Shown: positions 15,971-27,146 of the stretch, in pieces
Layout of the letters: each line of letters starts with the position of its first letter
How positions within the stretch are numbered: position 1 is the stretch's first letter
Origin: Myxococcota bacterium
Lineage (GTDB): Bacteria > Myxococcota > Myxococcia > Myxococcales > Myxococcaceae
DNA length: 33,710 bases
Assembly: GCA_049322255.1 (NCBI GenBank)
Contig: JBMORE010000023.1
Coordinates: 1-33,710 of the forward strand
Direction of reading: 5' to 3'
The notes under the pieces: model-generated
The model's input: only the letters and a program-made list of their open reading frames with translations
What the model was told of the DNA's origin: nothing
The model's database searches: none
Made by a program: the position numbers and the translations under genes

Positions 15971-18007
15971 ATGGACCTTTCGAAGCTCAATGCTTCTCAA
16001 CGCGAGGCGGTCGTCACCACCGAGGGCCCGTTGCTCGTGCTCGCGGGCGCCGGCTCGGGGAAGACGCGCGTCATCACCTATCGAATCGCACGGTTGCTCG
16101 GGCGCAAGGTGCCGGCGCGCTCCGTTCTAGCGGTGACCTTCACCAACAAGGCCGCGGCCGAGATGAAGGAGCGGGTGGTGCGCTTGGCCGGTGAGAAGGC
16201 CAAGGAGGTCACCCTCTGTACCTTCCACGCCTTCGGGGCCGAGGTCCTGCGCGCGCACATCGGTAAGCTGGGGTGGCCCAAGCGCTTCGCCATCGCCGAC
16301 ATGGGCGATCAGCTGGCGCTGGTGAAACGGGCGATGCGTGAGCGGAAGGTCGACGATCGCGCCTTCGACCCGCGCAAGGTGCTCACCCTGGTGTCGCGGG
16401 CGAAGAACGCCGGCATCGAGCCGCAGCCCAAGCCGGAGGGGCAGGGCGACGACTACGACCTCATCGCCCACCTGGTCTTTCCGCTCTACCAGCTGGGGCT
16501 CAAGGCGCAAGGAGCGGTGGACTTCGACGACCTGCTGGTCTTGCCCAAACGGCTCTTCCTCGAGCACCCCGAGGTGCACGCGCAGTACGTGAAGCGGTTG
16601 CGCTACCTCTTGGTCGACGAGTTTCAGGACACCAACACCGCCCAGCTGGAGCTGCTCTCCATGCTTGCGGGAGAGGAGAAGAACGTCTGCGCGGTGGGGG
16701 ACGACGACCAGTGCATCTACAGCTGGCGCGGAGCACAGGTGCGGAACATTCTCGACTTCGAGCGCCACTTCCCCAACGCGAAGGTGGTGCGGCTGGAGCA
16801 GAACTATCGCTCGAGCCAGACCATCCTCGACGCGGCGAACGCGGTGATCGAGAAAAACCCCGCCCGGCGGGCGAAGCAGATGTGGACGGAGTGGAAGGGC
16901 GGGCCGCCCATCTCGGTGGTGGTGGCGCAGGGCGAGGACGAGGAGGCGCGCTTCGTCGCCCACGAGGTGCACAAGGCGATCTTTGGCGGCCTTTCACCCG
17001 ATGAGATCGCGGTGCTCTACCGCACCAACGGGCAGGCCCGGCCGGTCGAAGAGGCGCTGCGGGAGAAGAATATCCACTACGAGCTCATCGGCGGCTCGGA
17101 GTTCTTCGATCGTCGCGAGGTGAAGGACGTCATCGCTTACCTCAAAGTTCTCGCCAACCCGCGAGACGAAAGCGCGCTGCTGCGCATCGTCAACGTGCCT
17201 GCGCGCGGCATCGGTGACGTGACGATGGAAAGGCTCTTGTCATGGGCGCGTTCCCACGAACGGTCGCTATGGGAGGCGATGCAAAGAGCAGGCGAGATTC
17301 CCGAGTTGCCTTTAGGCGCGGCGGGCAAGGTGGGCGAGTTCTGTGAGCTCGTCGAGCGCTACCGGCGCTTCTTGTCCAAGGGAAACCTCGCCCACCTCGG
17401 CACCCGGTTGCTGGAAGAGATTGGGTTCAAGGAGTCGGCGCGGTTGTCGACAGCTTCGCTTGCCGCAGCCGACAAGAAGCTCAAGTCGGTGGAGCAAGTC
17501 ATCACCTCCTTACGCGCCTACGAGGAGCGCGAGGGGCCCAAGGCCGATCTGCTCACCTACTTGAACCGCCTGTCCCTCGACACGCGGGAGGAGGAAGAGG
17601 CGCCTTCCGGCCGCAAGGTGACGCTGATGACGCTGCACGCGGCCAAGGGGCTGGAGTTCCGGCTGGTGTTCCTCATCGGCATGGAGGAGGACCTGCTCCC
17701 CCACGGCGGCATGCAGGGCGAGCCGCAGAACCTCGAGGAGGAGCGTCGCCTCGCCTACGTTGGCATGACCCGCGCCAAGCAGAAGCTCTTCCTCACCCGC
17801 GTGGCCCAGCGCATCAAGCGCGGCAAGGAGGTGCCGCGTACGTCCTCGCGCTTCCTCGAGGACATTCCTGCGCACCTGCTGGAGACCCACGATCTCTCCG
17901 CGCCTCCTCCCGGGCCACCCACCGAGAGGGAGAAGCGTTTTTTCAGCAACCTCAAGGAACAGCTGAAATCGAAGGACGTTGCTCCCTCTGGGAGAGGACA
18001 GGGGTGA
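15971..18007 (+). CDS. UvrD/Rep/PcrA superfamily 1 DNA helicase
   Basis: LN..Q, VLAGAGSGKT, TFTNKAA, DEFQD, VGDDDQCIYSWRG, LEQNYRS, TLHAAKGLEF and EEERRLAYVGMTRA. Confidence 0.95.
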   Translation: MDLSKLNASQREAVVTTEGPLLVLAGAGSGKTRVITYRIARLLGRKVPARSVLAVTFTNKAAAEMKERVVRLAGEKAKEVTLCTFHAFGAEVLRAHIGKLGWPKRFAIADMGDQLALVKRAMRERKVDDRAFDPRKVLTLVSRAKNAGIEPQPKPEGQGDDYDLIAHLVFPLYQLGLKAQGAVDFDDLLVLPKRLFLEHPEVHAQYVKRLRYLLVDEFQDTNTAQLELLSMLAGEEKNVCAVGDDDQCIYSWRGAQVRNILDFERHFPNAKVVRLEQNYRSSQTILDAANAVIEKNPARRAKQMWTEWKGGPPISVVVAQGEDEEARFVAHEVHKAIFGGLSPDEIAVLYRTNGQARPVEEALREKNIHYELIGGSEFFDRREVKDVIAYLKVLANPRDESALLRIVNVPARGIGDVTMERLLSWARSHERSLWEAMQRAGEIPELPLGAAGKVGEFCELVERYRRFLSKGNLAHLGTRLLEEIGFKESARLSTASLAAADKKLKSVEQVITSLRAYEEREGPKADLLTYLNRLSLDTREEEEAPSGRKVTLMTLHAAKGLEFRLVFLIGMEEDLLPHGGMQGEPQNLEEERRLAYVGMTRAKQKLFLTRVAQRIKRGKEVPRTSSRFLEDIPAHLLETHDLSAPPPGPPTEREKRFFSNLKEQLKSKDVAPSGRGQG

Positions 18008-18044
18008 GGGAAGCTCAAAGGGCGAGCGAAGTCGCGCTGAACAA

Positions 18045-18181
18045 CCGGGAGCGGGAGCGGGAGCGTTCCCGGGGCCGGGATCGGGCAATCGGGTACGTCC
18101 CACGGGAACCGGGCACGTGACCCGCCGCCGTGGGCCGTCCGCGTCCCCGATGCCCGCAAACGCTCCCGCTCCCGCTCCCGG
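18045..18181. repeat. 137-bp palindromic element with perfect 23-bp terminal inverted repeats
   Basis: CCGGGAGCGGGAGCGGGAGCGTT (18045-18067) is the reverse complement of 18159-18181; nested inner IRs; followed by CTTTT. Confidence 0.8.
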
Positions 18182-18218
18182 CTTTTGAAGTTTCTCGCGG
18201 GAGAGGGATGCTCGCCGC

Positions 18219-19865
18219 GTGCCGACGGCGCTGCTCATCGCAGACTTGGAGGGCGTGGCGGGGGTCGACCAGCTCGAAGCGCTGGCCGCCGGCAGCACGC
18301 GCTACAGCATCGCGTGCGAGCGGCTCACCGCGGAGGTGAATGCGGCGGTCTGTGGCCTGTTGCGCGCAGGGTTTACCCAGGTGGTGGTGAGCGACAGCCA
18401 CCGCTCGGGCGGCTCGCACCCCAATGTGCTCGCGCAAAAGCTTCATCCCCAGGCCGAGCTGGTGTGGGAGGAGGACCCGTACGCCGAGCACCTCTTCGCC
18501 CACGTCGGCGCGGTCATTTGCCTGGGGATGCATGCCGCCGCCGGCACGGCCGGTTTTGCCTCGCACACCTTGTACCCGCATTGCGGTGTCTTTGCCGGGA
18601 AGCGGGCTCTCTCCGAGACCGACCTGGTGCTCGCGCTCGCCAGACAGCACCGGGTACCGGTGGTCTTCGTCTCAGGCGACGACGTGCTCGCACGCTCGCT
18701 CCAGGGCGTGCGCTACGTGCGGACCAAGCGCGCCCTTTCACCGAGCGCGGCGGTGTCGAAGGAGCCCACGGTGGTGCTCGCGGCGCTGGCGAGGGCGGCG
18801 GAGCAGCCGCCCCAAGAGGCGCCCGCCGCGCCGAAGGGAGCACTGTCGTTACGCTTCAAGAGCGTCTGGCAAGCTGCGCGGGCCGAACGAGCCGGCGGTC
18901 ACCGCGTGGACGAGGTGACGGTGCGGGTGGCCGGAGAGTCCTTCGTCGGGCGTTACCGAAACGCCCTGCGGGTTCTCGAGGACAGCGCCGAGCCGCCGCC
19001 CTCCGATGGTCGCCGTGGCCTCGCCGACGTCGGCGTGTCGGGAGCCGAGGAAGCCGCGCTTCTTCTGCGGTCATTCGTCCGGCGTGCGCCGGCTTCGTAT
19101 GAAGCACGCGCCGCGCGCGCGTTGAAGGCGTTTTTGCGGCACACCGACGGCGGCGAAGCGTGGCAGAGGGCCGATCGCGCGCTCACCTTGCACATGCTCG
19201 AGGCCCACGCCCCGGTCTTCTTTCGCCGGCACCGGCTCAGGCCCGTGCTCGCTCGAGCCGTCACGGCGCTCACCCTTTTTCCCTCCGACTTTCCGATGGC
19301 GCTCGAGGCCGACGAGGCGATGGCGCGGCTCGACGGACTCTACGTGCGCTCCGAGCGCGGCGAGGCGTGTGCCATCGACTCCGAGTCGTTCGCGGCGTGC
19401 CTGTCGTCGCTCATGGAGCGCGGCGAAGTCCTGCATGCGTGGCTGTTGGCAGAGATTGCCGCGCAGCTGGGAGTGGAGGCGCGGCCAGCGCTACCTCCGC
19501 GCTACTTTCGCCACGGTGACCGCCTGCGCGATCTCTATTGGCTGACCCACCTTTTCCTTCTCAAGACGCGGTACCTGCGCTGCCCGCTCCCGCCGCACGC
19601 CCTCGGTGCCGAGATCGAGGAGCTCTTCCTCGCTACGGGCTGGGTCGTCGAGCAGGGCTTGGCCGATCTCGCCGCCGAGCTGGCTTTCTGTCTCCAGAGC
19701 GCCGGCGAGCACCGCTCGCGGGAGCACCGGTCGCTGTTGGGCTTTCTTTCCCGCCGGCAGTCCGCCGACGGCACCATCGCCGACGAAGGAGATGATGTGC
19801 GCGGGATGTCCCACTCCACTGCGGCCGCGCTGTTGGCCTTCGCCGGAGCGAAACCCAACGATTGA
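18219..19865 (+). CDS. Peptidase M55 (DppA-like D-aminopeptidase) domain fused to an uncharacterised helical C-terminal domain
   Basis: ADLEG, VSDSH, GMHAAAG, SHT, SETDL and VSGDD in the N-terminal half; LYWLTHLFL, DLAAEL, RQSADG and HST in the C-terminal half. Confidence 0.78.
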   Translation: MPTALLIADLEGVAGVDQLEALAAGSTRYSIACERLTAEVNAAVCGLLRAGFTQVVVSDSHRSGGSHPNVLAQKLHPQAELVWEEDPYAEHLFAHVGAVICLGMHAAAGTAGFASHTLYPHCGVFAGKRALSETDLVLALARQHRVPVVFVSGDDVLARSLQGVRYVRTKRALSPSAAVSKEPTVVLAALARAAEQPPQEAPAAPKGALSLRFKSVWQAARAERAGGHRVDEVTVRVAGESFVGRYRNALRVLEDSAEPPPSDGRRGLADVGVSGAEEAALLLRSFVRRAPASYEARAARALKAFLRHTDGGEAWQRADRALTLHMLEAHAPVFFRRHRLRPVLARAVTALTLFPSDFPMALEADEAMARLDGLYVRSERGEACAIDSESFAACLSSLMERGEVLHAWLLAEIAAQLGVEARPALPPRYFRHGDRLRDLYWLTHLFLLKTRYLRCPLPPHALGAEIEELFLATGWVVEQGLADLAAELAFCLQSAGEHRSREHRSLLGFLSRRQSADGTIADEGDDVRGMSHSTAAALLAFAGAKPND

Positions 19866-19890
19866 CTCCCCCGGTCAGCGACGTAACAAT
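19862..19890 (+). promoter_or_regulatory. Putative sigma70 promoter of pilB
   Basis: TTGACT (19862-19867), 17 nt, AACAAT (19885-19890), 42 nt before the ATG. Confidence 0.5.
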
Positions 19891-19932
19891 CGCCGCCCGC
19901 TCGTAAAGCGCCCTTCCTGTGAGGCCCACGGC

Positions 19933-21630
<1,698 letters not shown>

Positions 21631-21637
21631 GAGCCTC

Positions 21638-22744
21638 ATGGCCAACCTGCACCAGCTGCTCAAGGCGATGGTCGAGAAGGGCGCTTCCGACCTGCACATC
21701 ACCACCGGTTCTCCTCCGCAGCTGCGCATCGACGGCGAATTGGTGCCGCTCAAGACGGCTCCGCTCACCCCGGTGGAGACCAAGCAAATCTGCTACTCGA
21801 TTCTCACCGACGCGCAAAAGCACCGCTTCGAGGAAGAGAACGAGCTCGACCTCTCCTTCGGGGTGAAGGGCCTGTCGCGCTTCCGCTCCAACATCTTCAT
21901 GCAGCGCGGGGCGGTGGCGGGGGCCTTCCGCACCATTCCCTTCAAGATCCTCACCTTTCAGGAGCTGGGCCTGCCTCCGGTGGTGGCGGAGATGGCGAAG
22001 AAGCCGCGCGGTCTCATCTTGGTGACGGGGCCCACCGGCTCGGGCAAGTCGACCACCCTGGCGTCGATCATCGACAAGATCAACACCGAGCGTCATGAGC
22101 ACATCATGACCATCGAAGACCCGATCGAGTACCTCCACCCCCACAAGAACTGTCTGGTGAACCAGCGCGAGGTGGGCGCCGACACCAAGAGCTTCAAGAC
22201 CGCGCTCAAGTACATCCTCCGGCAGGACCCGGACGTGGTGCTGGTGGGAGAGATGCGCGATTTGGAGACGATCGAGGCGGCGCTGGTGATCGCCGAGACC
22301 GGCCACATCGGCTTTGCCACCCTGCACACCAACAGCTGCGTGCAGACCATCAACCGTATTCTCGACGTCTTCCCGCCGTACCAGCAGCCGCAGGTGCGGG
22401 CGCAGCTCTCCTTCGTAGTGGAAGGGGTGATGTCGCAGGCGCTGATCTCCAAAGCAGGCGGAGTGGGGCGCGTGCTGGCCCTGGAGATCATGATTCCCAA
22501 CCCCGCCATTCGAAACCTCATTCGCGAGGACAAAATCCATCAAGTCTATTCGGCGATGCAGGTGGGGCAGGCGAAGTTCGGAATGCAGACGTTCAACCAG
22601 GCGCTCGCGTCGCTCTTGGCGCGCCGGGTCATCACTCAGGAGGAGGCCTTCGGGCGCACCTCCGACCCAGAGGAACTGAAGAACATTCTCGCCAGCGGTG
22701 GTGGGGGTGTGCCCGGGCAGCGTCCGGCAGGTATGCAACGGTAG
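21638..22744 (+). CDS. pilT: Type IVa pilus retraction ATPase
   Basis: ASDLHI, GPTGSGKSTT, EDPIE, RQDPDVVLVGEMRD, AIRNLIRE and GMQT. Confidence 0.97.
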   Translation: MANLHQLLKAMVEKGASDLHITTGSPPQLRIDGELVPLKTAPLTPVETKQICYSILTDAQKHRFEEENELDLSFGVKGLSRFRSNIFMQRGAVAGAFRTIPFKILTFQELGLPPVVAEMAKKPRGLILVTGPTGSGKSTTLASIIDKINTERHEHIMTIEDPIEYLHPHKNCLVNQREVGADTKSFKTALKYILRQDPDVVLVGEMRDLETIEAALVIAETGHIGFATLHTNSCVQTINRILDVFPPYQQPQVRAQLSFVVEGVMSQALISKAGGVGRVLALEIMIPNPAIRNLIREDKIHQVYSAMQVGQAKFGMQTFNQALASLLARRVITQEEAFGRTSDPEELKNILASGGGGVPGQRPAGMQR

Positions 22745-22830
22745 GAAAGGCGCGCCTTCCGGCGGTCGCCAAAGTAGGTGGAAGCGCGAAGGAGCGCTAG
22801 AATCGCACCGCTCGCATTTTGGAGAAGAGA

Positions 22831-24123
22831 ATGGCCGTCACCGCGACCGTCACCCAGAAGGCGCAGGCCCCCGCGCCGCAGACCAAGCCGAGCGCTCCCA
22901 AGCCGGCGAAGAAGAGCACCACCACCTTCCTGTGGGAGGCGAAGACCAAGCAGGGCGAAGTCCGCAAGGGCGAGATGGAGGCCAACGACGCCGGAGCGGT
23001 GGAAGCGCGCCTCAAGTCGCTGGGCTTAAACCCCACCAAGGTGAAGAAGAAGCCGCTGGAGATCAACATCAAGATCCCCGGCTTGGGAGGAGTGACCGGC
23101 AAAGACATTCTCATCTTCACCCGTCAGTTCGCGACGATGATCGACGCCGGCCTGCCCTTGGTGCAGTGCCTGGAGATCTTGGGATCGCAGTCAGACAACC
23201 CATCGTTCAAGAGCGTCATCTTCGCCATCAAGGCGAAGGTGGAAGGTGGCTCGACCTTCGCCGACGCCCTCAAGGATCACCCCAAGGTCTTCGACGAGCT
23301 GTTCGTGCAGTTGTGCGCCGCCGGAGAGGTAGGCGGTATTCTCGACACGATTTTGAACCGCTTGGCGGTCTACCGGGAGAAGGCGGAGAAGCTCAAGCGC
23401 AAGGTCAAGGGGGCGATGATCTACCCGGCGATCGTCATCGTGGTCGCTATTGGCGTCACCGCGCTGCTGCTGCTCAAAGTCACCCCGGTGTTCGCCAAGA
23501 TGTTCTCCGACTTCGGCCAGGCGCTGCCGGCGCCCACCCAGTTCGTGGTGGACCTCTCGGAGTGGTTGCAGAACTACATCATTCACTTCGTTGTCGGGGT
23601 CACCGTGGTGGTGGTGGCGTTCACCGCGTTCTACCGAAACCCCAAGGGCCGGCGGATCTTCGACAAGGTGATTCTCAAGTCGCCCATCATCGGAGAGGTC
23701 ATTCGCAAGGTGGCGGTGGCACGCTTCACTCGCACCCTGGGCACGATGATCAGCTCGGGTGTACCGATTCTCGACGCGCTCGATGTGACCGCGAAAACCG
23801 CGGGTAATCGAACCGTTGAAGACGGCATCTACTACGTGCGCGGCAAGATTTCAGAAGGCAAGAACATCGCCGGCCCGCTGATGGAGACCAAGGTGTTCCC
23901 CTCGATGGTGGTGCAGATGATCGGTGTCGGCGAGGCGACCGGCGCGATGGACACCATGCTCAACAAGATCGCCGACTTCTACGACGACGAGGTCGACACC
24001 GCAGTCGCCGGCCTCACTTCGATGATCGAGCCGTTGCTCATGGTCTTCCTGGGCGGCGTGGTGGGTGGCTTCCTCATCGCCATGTACCTGCCGATCTTCT
24101 CGATTGCCGGCGCCATCAAGTAG
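22831..24123 (+). CDS. pilC: Type IV pilus inner-membrane platform protein
   Basis: FTRQFATMIDAGLPL, GEVGGILD, AMIYP, GEATGAMD and IAMYLPIF. Confidence 0.95.
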   Translation: MAVTATVTQKAQAPAPQTKPSAPKPAKKSTTTFLWEAKTKQGEVRKGEMEANDAGAVEARLKSLGLNPTKVKKKPLEINIKIPGLGGVTGKDILIFTRQFATMIDAGLPLVQCLEILGSQSDNPSFKSVIFAIKAKVEGGSTFADALKDHPKVFDELFVQLCAAGEVGGILDTILNRLAVYREKAEKLKRKVKGAMIYPAIVIVVAIGVTALLLLKVTPVFAKMFSDFGQALPAPTQFVVDLSEWLQNYIIHFVVGVTVVVVAFTAFYRNPKGRRIFDKVILKSPIIGEVIRKVAVARFTRTLGTMISSGVPILDALDVTAKTAGNRTVEDGIYYVRGKISEGKNIAGPLMETKVFPSMVVQMIGVGEATGAMDTMLNKIADFYDDEVDTAVAGLTSMIEPLLMVFLGGVVGGFLIAMYLPIFSIAGAIK

Positions 24124-25753
24124 CTCCAGTCCCAGGTCGTCGATCGGGCAGTTCGCTGACCTGCGCGTCAAGCTGACCTGGCTGGCGCTCTTTCGCACTG
24201 TCGCCACCAGTCTGCTCCTCGCGGCGATCGTCGTGCGGCTTTTGTCCGCGCAGCGCTCGGAGGAGCTCTCCGCGGCTGATTCGGCGTCGTTTGCGGTGAT
24301 CGGCCTGGTGTACGTGCTTACCCTCATCTACGGGTTGGTACTGCGAAGGGGGAGGGTGGGGCGCGGGGCGGCGTACGTTCAGGTTTTAGGGGACGTGGTG
24401 CTGGCCTCGGCGCTCGTCTACCTCACAGGTGGCGCCGATTCTCCGTTCACCTTCACCTATTTGATTGCCGTCATCGCCGCGTCGATTCTGATCGGACAGC
24501 GGGGCGCGCTGATCGCCGCGGCGACCTCGTCAGTGGCCTACACGGTGCTGACGCTTTCCATCCACCTTGGAGCAATGCAGCCGCCGCAAGGCAGTCCCAC
24601 GTTGTCGGCGAGCCGGGTGGCATTCCTGCTCACCAGCGGTGTGTTGGCGCAACTTTTGGTGGCGGTGCTGGCGGGCTACCTGGCGCGCCTGCTCTCGGCG
24701 GCGGGTGGCCGGCTGCAGGCGCGCGAGGCTGATTTGCGGGAGTTGGTGGGCTTGCAGAACCAAATCGTCGCCGCCATGCCCGGAGGCCTCATCACCTGTG
24801 AGGCCGATGGGCGCATCACCTTCGTCAACCCAGCTGCAGCGGCGATCCTCGGGCTGATGCCGGAGCAAAAGAACCTCGAGGAGGTCATTCCCGGGGCGCT
24901 GCGATTGGCTCCGCAGACTCCCCGCGCGGAATTGACCGTGGAAACCCCGGCGGGACGTCGCATCATCGGGCTCACCGTCACCCCTCTGGAGGGCTCGCGC
25001 GGCTCGCTGCTCATCGTCTTCCAGGACCTGACCGACCTGCGCCGTATCGAGGAGGAGTTGCGCAGCGCAGATCACCTCGCCTCCCTGGGGAAGCTGTCGG
25101 CCCAGCTGGCACACGAGATTCGCAATCCCTTGGCGTCGATGCGTGGCTCGGCGCAGATGCTCGCCAAGGAGCCAGCCGCTGACGAGGTTGCCCGGAGGCT
25201 GGCGAACATCCTCGTGCGCGAGTCCGACCGCCTTTCTGGACTGGTGGAGGACTTCCTGCGCTTTGCTCGGCCTCCGCCGCCCTCCCGCCGGCCGGTGAAC
25301 TTAGGGACGCTGGTGGCCGAAACCGTGCAGATGTTGCGCGCCGATCCGCTGGCGCGGGGAGTCACCCTCCAAGAGGAGCTGGCCGACGTCACCTGCGAAG
25401 TCGACGATGGGCAGATTCGCCAGGTGCTGATCAATCTTTTGCGCAATGCCTTTGCCGCCGTCGGCGAGGGGGGGGTAGTGAAAGTGGTGGTGGACCAGGC
25501 GGACGGACAGGTCCAGCTCCGGGTGTGGGACTCGGCGGGCAGCATCGATCCGAAGGACGCACCGCGGCTTTTCGAGCCCTTTTACACCACCAGGGAGGGA
25601 GGGACCGGCCTGGGGCTCTCCACCGCCTACTCGATTGTCGCCGCGCATGGAGGCAAGATTCGGCTCGCATCCTCGCCCTCTACGGGCACCGAGTTCGTCG
25701 TAGGGCTGCCGTCTTCTTTCGAGCCTGCACGTGAAAATTCTAGTCGTCGATGA
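24104..25753 (+). CDS. pilS: Sensor histidine kinase (start uncertain)
   Basis: Multi-TM N-terminus (KLTWLALFR, TGGADSPF), PAS-like segment, AHEIRNPL, NLLRNA, FEPFYTT and GTGLGL; position after pilC. Confidence 0.88.
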   Translation: MPAPSSSSSPRSSIGQFADLRVKLTWLALFRTVATSLLLAAIVVRLLSAQRSEELSAADSASFAVIGLVYVLTLIYGLVLRRGRVGRGAAYVQVLGDVVLASALVYLTGGADSPFTFTYLIAVIAASILIGQRGALIAAATSSVAYTVLTLSIHLGAMQPPQGSPTLSASRVAFLLTSGVLAQLLVAVLAGYLARLLSAAGGRLQAREADLRELVGLQNQIVAAMPGGLITCEADGRITFVNPAAAAILGLMPEQKNLEEVIPGALRLAPQTPRAELTVETPAGRRIIGLTVTPLEGSRGSLLIVFQDLTDLRRIEEELRSADHLASLGKLSAQLAHEIRNPLASMRGSAQMLAKEPAADEVARRLANILVRESDRLSGLVEDFLRFARPPPPSRRPVNLGTLVAETVQMLRADPLARGVTLQEELADVTCEVDDGQIRQVLINLLRNAFAAVGEGGVVKVVVDQADGQVQLRVWDSAGSIDPKDAPRLFEPFYTTREGGTGLGLSTAYSIVAAHGGKIRLASSPSTGTEFVVGLPSSFEPARENSSRR

Positions 25754-27116
25754 CGAGCTGTCGATGCGCGAGTACCTGGAGATCCTGCTCACCAAGGCGG
25801 GGTACCAGGTGTCATCGGCGTCGAACGTGGGCGAAGCGCGCGCGGCGGTCGAGGGGGGTGAGGTCGAGCTGGTCATCTCCGACATGAAGCTGGGGCGGGA
25901 GAGTGGCTTGTCGGTGCTCAAGGCGGCGCGCGGAGTGCCTTCTCCACCGGAGGTCATCCTCATCACCGCCTTCGGCACCCCGGAGTCGGCTGTGCAGGCG
26001 ATGCGTGAGGGGGCCTACGACTACCTGCGCAAGCCGATCGACAACGAAGAGCTGTTGGCGTTGGCGCAGAAGGCGCTGGAGAAGCGCGCCATCCTGCGGG
26101 AGAACGAGGCGCTGCGCGGCTCGCTCGCTCCGGGGACGTTTTGGATCGGCGACAGCCCGGCGATGCGCGAGGTGTGGACGCTGATTGAAAAGGTCGCCGC
26201 TTCGCCCAGGTCGACGGTGCTCATCACTGGAGAGAGCGGCACGGGCAAGGAGCTGGTAGCCCGCGCCATTCACCTCAAGTCGGCGCGCGGGGGGCAACCG
26301 TTCATTCCCTTCAACTGCGCCGCGCTCGCTGAAGGAGTGCTGGAGAGCGAGCTGTTCGGCCATGTGAAGGGCGCGTTCACCGGGGCGGTGGCCGATCGCG
26401 CCGGTCTCTTGGTTTCGGCGGGCGAGGGGACGGTGCTGCTGGACGAGATCGGCGAGATTCCTCCCGCGACACAGGTGAAGCTCTTGCGCGTGCTGCAATC
26501 GCGCACCGTCAAGCCGGTGGGGAGCTCGGCCGAGGTGCCCTTTCACGCGCGGGTACTCGCAGCGACCAACAGGCGCCTCGACGACGAGGTGAAGGCGGGC
26601 CGCTTCCGCGAGGACCTCTTGTACCGCCTCAACGTCATCACCATCGAGCTGCCGCCGCTGCGCGAGCGGCCCGGTGATGCGCGCGTGCTGGCCAAGCTGT
26701 TCCTCGCGCACGTGAGCCAGGAGCTGGGCCGGCCGATGCTCCGATTTTCCGAGGAGACCTTGTCGCTCTTGGAGCGCTACAGCTTTCCCGGCAACGTGCG
26801 CCAGCTGCAGAACATCGTCGAGCGGGCCGCGACGCTCGCCGACCACGACGTGCTCGACCCTTCGACGCTACCGCCCAAGCTGCGCGGCGAGCCGGAGACG
26901 GTGGGCGGTGGGGCCGAGACTTCGTTGCCGACGGGTTTCTCGCTCGAGCGCTACCTGGACGCGCAAGAGCGGCGCTACCTCCTCGAGGCCCTCAAGCGCA
27001 GCGAAGGCGTGAAAACGAAGGCCGCGGAGTTTTTGGGGCTGACGTTTCGATCTTTCCGCTATCGACTTGCCAAACACGGGCTTTCGGAGAGGGAAGACGA
27101 GGAACCCAGCCAGTGA
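25731..27116 (+). CDS. pilR: Sigma54-dependent response regulator
   Basis: Receiver domain (VVDDE, ISDMK), [28 protein letters not shown] and a C-terminal Fis-type HTH. Confidence 0.92.
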   Translation: MKILVVDDELSMREYLEILLTKAGYQVSSASNVGEARAAVEGGEVELVISDMKLGRESGLSVLKAARGVPSPPEVILITAFGTPESAVQAMREGAYDYLRKPIDNEELLALAQKALEKRAILRENEALRGSLAPGTFWIGDSPAMREVWTLIEKVAASPRSTVLITGESGTGKELVARAIHLKSARGGQPFIPFNCAALAEGVLESELFGHVKGAFTGAVADRAGLLVSAGEGTVLLDEIGEIPPATQVKLLRVLQSRTVKPVGSSAEVPFHARVLAATNRRLDDEVKAGRFREDLLYRLNVITIELPPLRERPGDARVLAKLFLAHVSQELGRPMLRFSEETLSLLERYSFPGNVRQLQNIVERAATLADHDVLDPSTLPPKLRGEPETVGGGAETSLPTGFSLERYLDAQERRYLLEALKRSEGVKTKAAEFLGLTFRSFRYRLAKHGLSEREDEEPSQ

Positions 27117-27146
27117 GCCCAATCGAAACCGGTCGGTCGTCCCACA

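Noticed and set aside
15240..18007. TA pair plus helicase as an anti-phage defence island
   Set aside because: The UvrD-type helicase looks like the housekeeping form, is divergently transcribed and has no nuclease/ATPase partner
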